NCBI RefSeq assembly: GCF_964213995.1
Contig: NC_135815.1
Span: 56,420,001-56,484,000 of the forward strand
From: Mustelus asterias
Lineage: Eukaryota
Length of the DNA: 64,000 bases
Direction of reading: 5' to 3'
Shown: positions 62,284 to 64,000 of the stretch, in pieces
How the letters are laid out: each line of letters begins with the position of its first letter
Numbering within the stretch: position 1 is the stretch's first letter
Notes under the pieces: generated by a model
Told to the model about the DNA's origin: nothing
Database searches by the model: none
The model's input: the letters and a program-made list of their open reading frames with translations, nothing else
Made by a program: the position numbers and the translations under genes

Positions 62284-63277
62284 TAGAATCATAGGATCAT
62301 ACAGCGGAGAAGATGCCCTTTGGCCTATTGAACTCCCACCTAATCCCATCTGCCAGCACTTGGCCCATAGCCCTGAATGTTATGATGTGCTCATCCAGAT
62401 ACTTTTTAAAGGATGTGAGGCAACCTGCTTCCAACACCTGCCCAGGCAGTGCATTCTAGACTGTCACCACCCTCTGGGTAAAAAAGTTTTTCCTCCCTAA
62501 ATCTCCTGCCCTCACATTGAACCTATGTCCTCTCATGACTGACCCTTCAACTAAGGGGAACAACTGCTCCCTATCCACCCTGTCCATGCCTCTCATAATC
62601 TTGAACACCTCAATCAGGTCGTCCCTCAGTCTTCTCTGCTCCAACGAAAACAACCCAAGCCTACCCAACCTCTCTTCATAACTTAAATGTTCCATCCCAG
62701 GCAGCATCCTGGTGAATCTCCTCTGCACCCCCTCCACTGCAACCACATCCTTCCTGTAATGTGGCGACCAGAACTGCACACAGTACTCTATATGTGGCCT
62801 CACCAAAGTTTTATACAACTCCAACATGATTTCCCTGCTTTTGTAACCTATGACTCGATTAATGAAGGCAAGTGTCCCATATGCCTTTTTCACCACCCTA
62901 CTAAGATGTCCTTCCGCCTTCAGAGATCTGTGGACAAACACGGCAAGTTCCCTTTGTTCCACAGGACTTCTTAGTGTCCTACCATTGATTAAGTACTTCC
63001 TTGTCAAATCACTCCTTCCAAAGTGTATCACCTCATACTTTTCAGGGGTAAATTCCATCTGCCACTTATCTGCCCATTTCACCATTCTGTCTATATCTTC
63101 CTGTAGCTCAAGACACTCCACCTCACTGTTAACCACCTGGCCAATCTTTGTGTCATCCACAAACTTACTAATCTTACCCCCAACATAGTCATCTATGTCA
63201 TTTATATAAATGAGGAATAATAGGGTACCCAACAATGATCCCTGTGGTATGCCACTGGACACTGGTTTCCAGTCACC
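62284..63277 (-). mobile_element. 5'-truncated CR1 LINE
   Basis: ORF 62456..63322 with GIPQGSLLG, FVDD, HIEYCVQFWSP. Confidence 0.92.
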
Positions 63278-63357
63278 TTCTGTCAGTTTGCGACAGTGGA
63301 GAATCATCCCCATATTATCCACCTGACATGCATCTTAAGCATGTTTTTTTCAGCTTA

Positions 63358-63672
63358 TAGCACAGTGGTTAGCACTGCTGCCTCACAGTGCCAGGGATCT
63401 GGGTTCAATTCCAGCCTCAGGTCACTGTCTATGTGGAGTTTGTGCATTCTCCCCGTGTCTGCCTGGGTTTCCTCCAGGTGCTCCAATTTCCCCCCACAGT
63501 CCAAAGATGTGCGGGTTAGGTTGATTGGCCATGCTAAATTGCCCCTTAGTGTCAGCGGGATTAGCAGGGTAAATGTGTGGGGCTACGGGAATAGGGCCTT
63601 GGTGGGATTGTGGTCAGTACAGACTCGATGGGCTGAATGGCCTCCTTCTGTACTATAGGGATTCTATGATTC
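63358..63672 (+). mobile_element. HE1-like V-SINE
   Basis: TAGCACAGTGG and GGTTCAATTCC boxes; CR1-type tail. Confidence 0.85.
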
Positions 63673-64000
63673 AGTGCTTCTAATAATTTAAGACTCGGAA
63701 TTGTTGGCAATATTATTAGCAAAATGCTCAATGGGTTCATGCAACATCCCTTTGTCTGTGTTTTACATGCAGGCATAAGCAAACCAAGAATTGTCATACA
63801 AAGGTTTTAAATATTCATTCACCAACAGCAGTTCCTGGGTCGTGCCAAATTGTGTAAGCTGCACTGCAAGATTCATATGTATGTAACAGGACTTCCAGCA
63901 GCAGGTGATGACGCTGGGGTAGAGCACTGAGCGGGTCTAACTGATCCGCGCCTGTAGGCTCATCCCCATAGGAAGCAGTGTCTTTGACAAGCTGAGGGCA

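Noticed and set aside
62174-63852. Further tail exons at about 62174-62268 and from 63773
   Set aside because: Phases can be made compatible, but the first donor (gtgctg) is weak and there is no motif support; left uncalled

Overview
Eukaryotic genomic DNA, most likely from a cartilaginous fish (inferred from HE1-like V-SINEs, Deu-domain SINEs and a CR1/Penelope/Harbinger-rich repeat landscape). The backbone is a + strand gene with ten readable GT-AG exons (11258-62041). They splice in frame, without stops, into the second half of a kinesin motor domain plus the start of a tail; the P-loop exons lie upstream of the window. The motor has lost both partners of the catalytic switch I Arg / switch II Glu pair (SSRSH reads SNSSH, DLAGSE reads DLAGSG) while keeping the microtubule-binding HIPYRESKLTRILQD segment, so it looks like a pseudo-ATPase kinesin. 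The introns are mostly nested mobile elements: CR1, L2, Rex1, RTE, L1/Tx1, Penelope with hammerhead ribozyme motifs, Gypsy/ERV LTRs, Harbinger transposons and SINEs. Other notable intronic items are a fossil viral fusion-glycoprotein (env-like) gene that can be re-assembled across three insertions, a decayed UACA-like coiled-coil frame joined to a Gypsy tail and LTR, a ~610 bp Penelope inverted repeat, a perfect 33 bp hairpin and a 155 bp templated insertion. All family assignments are by eye from remembered motifs; no database search was run.
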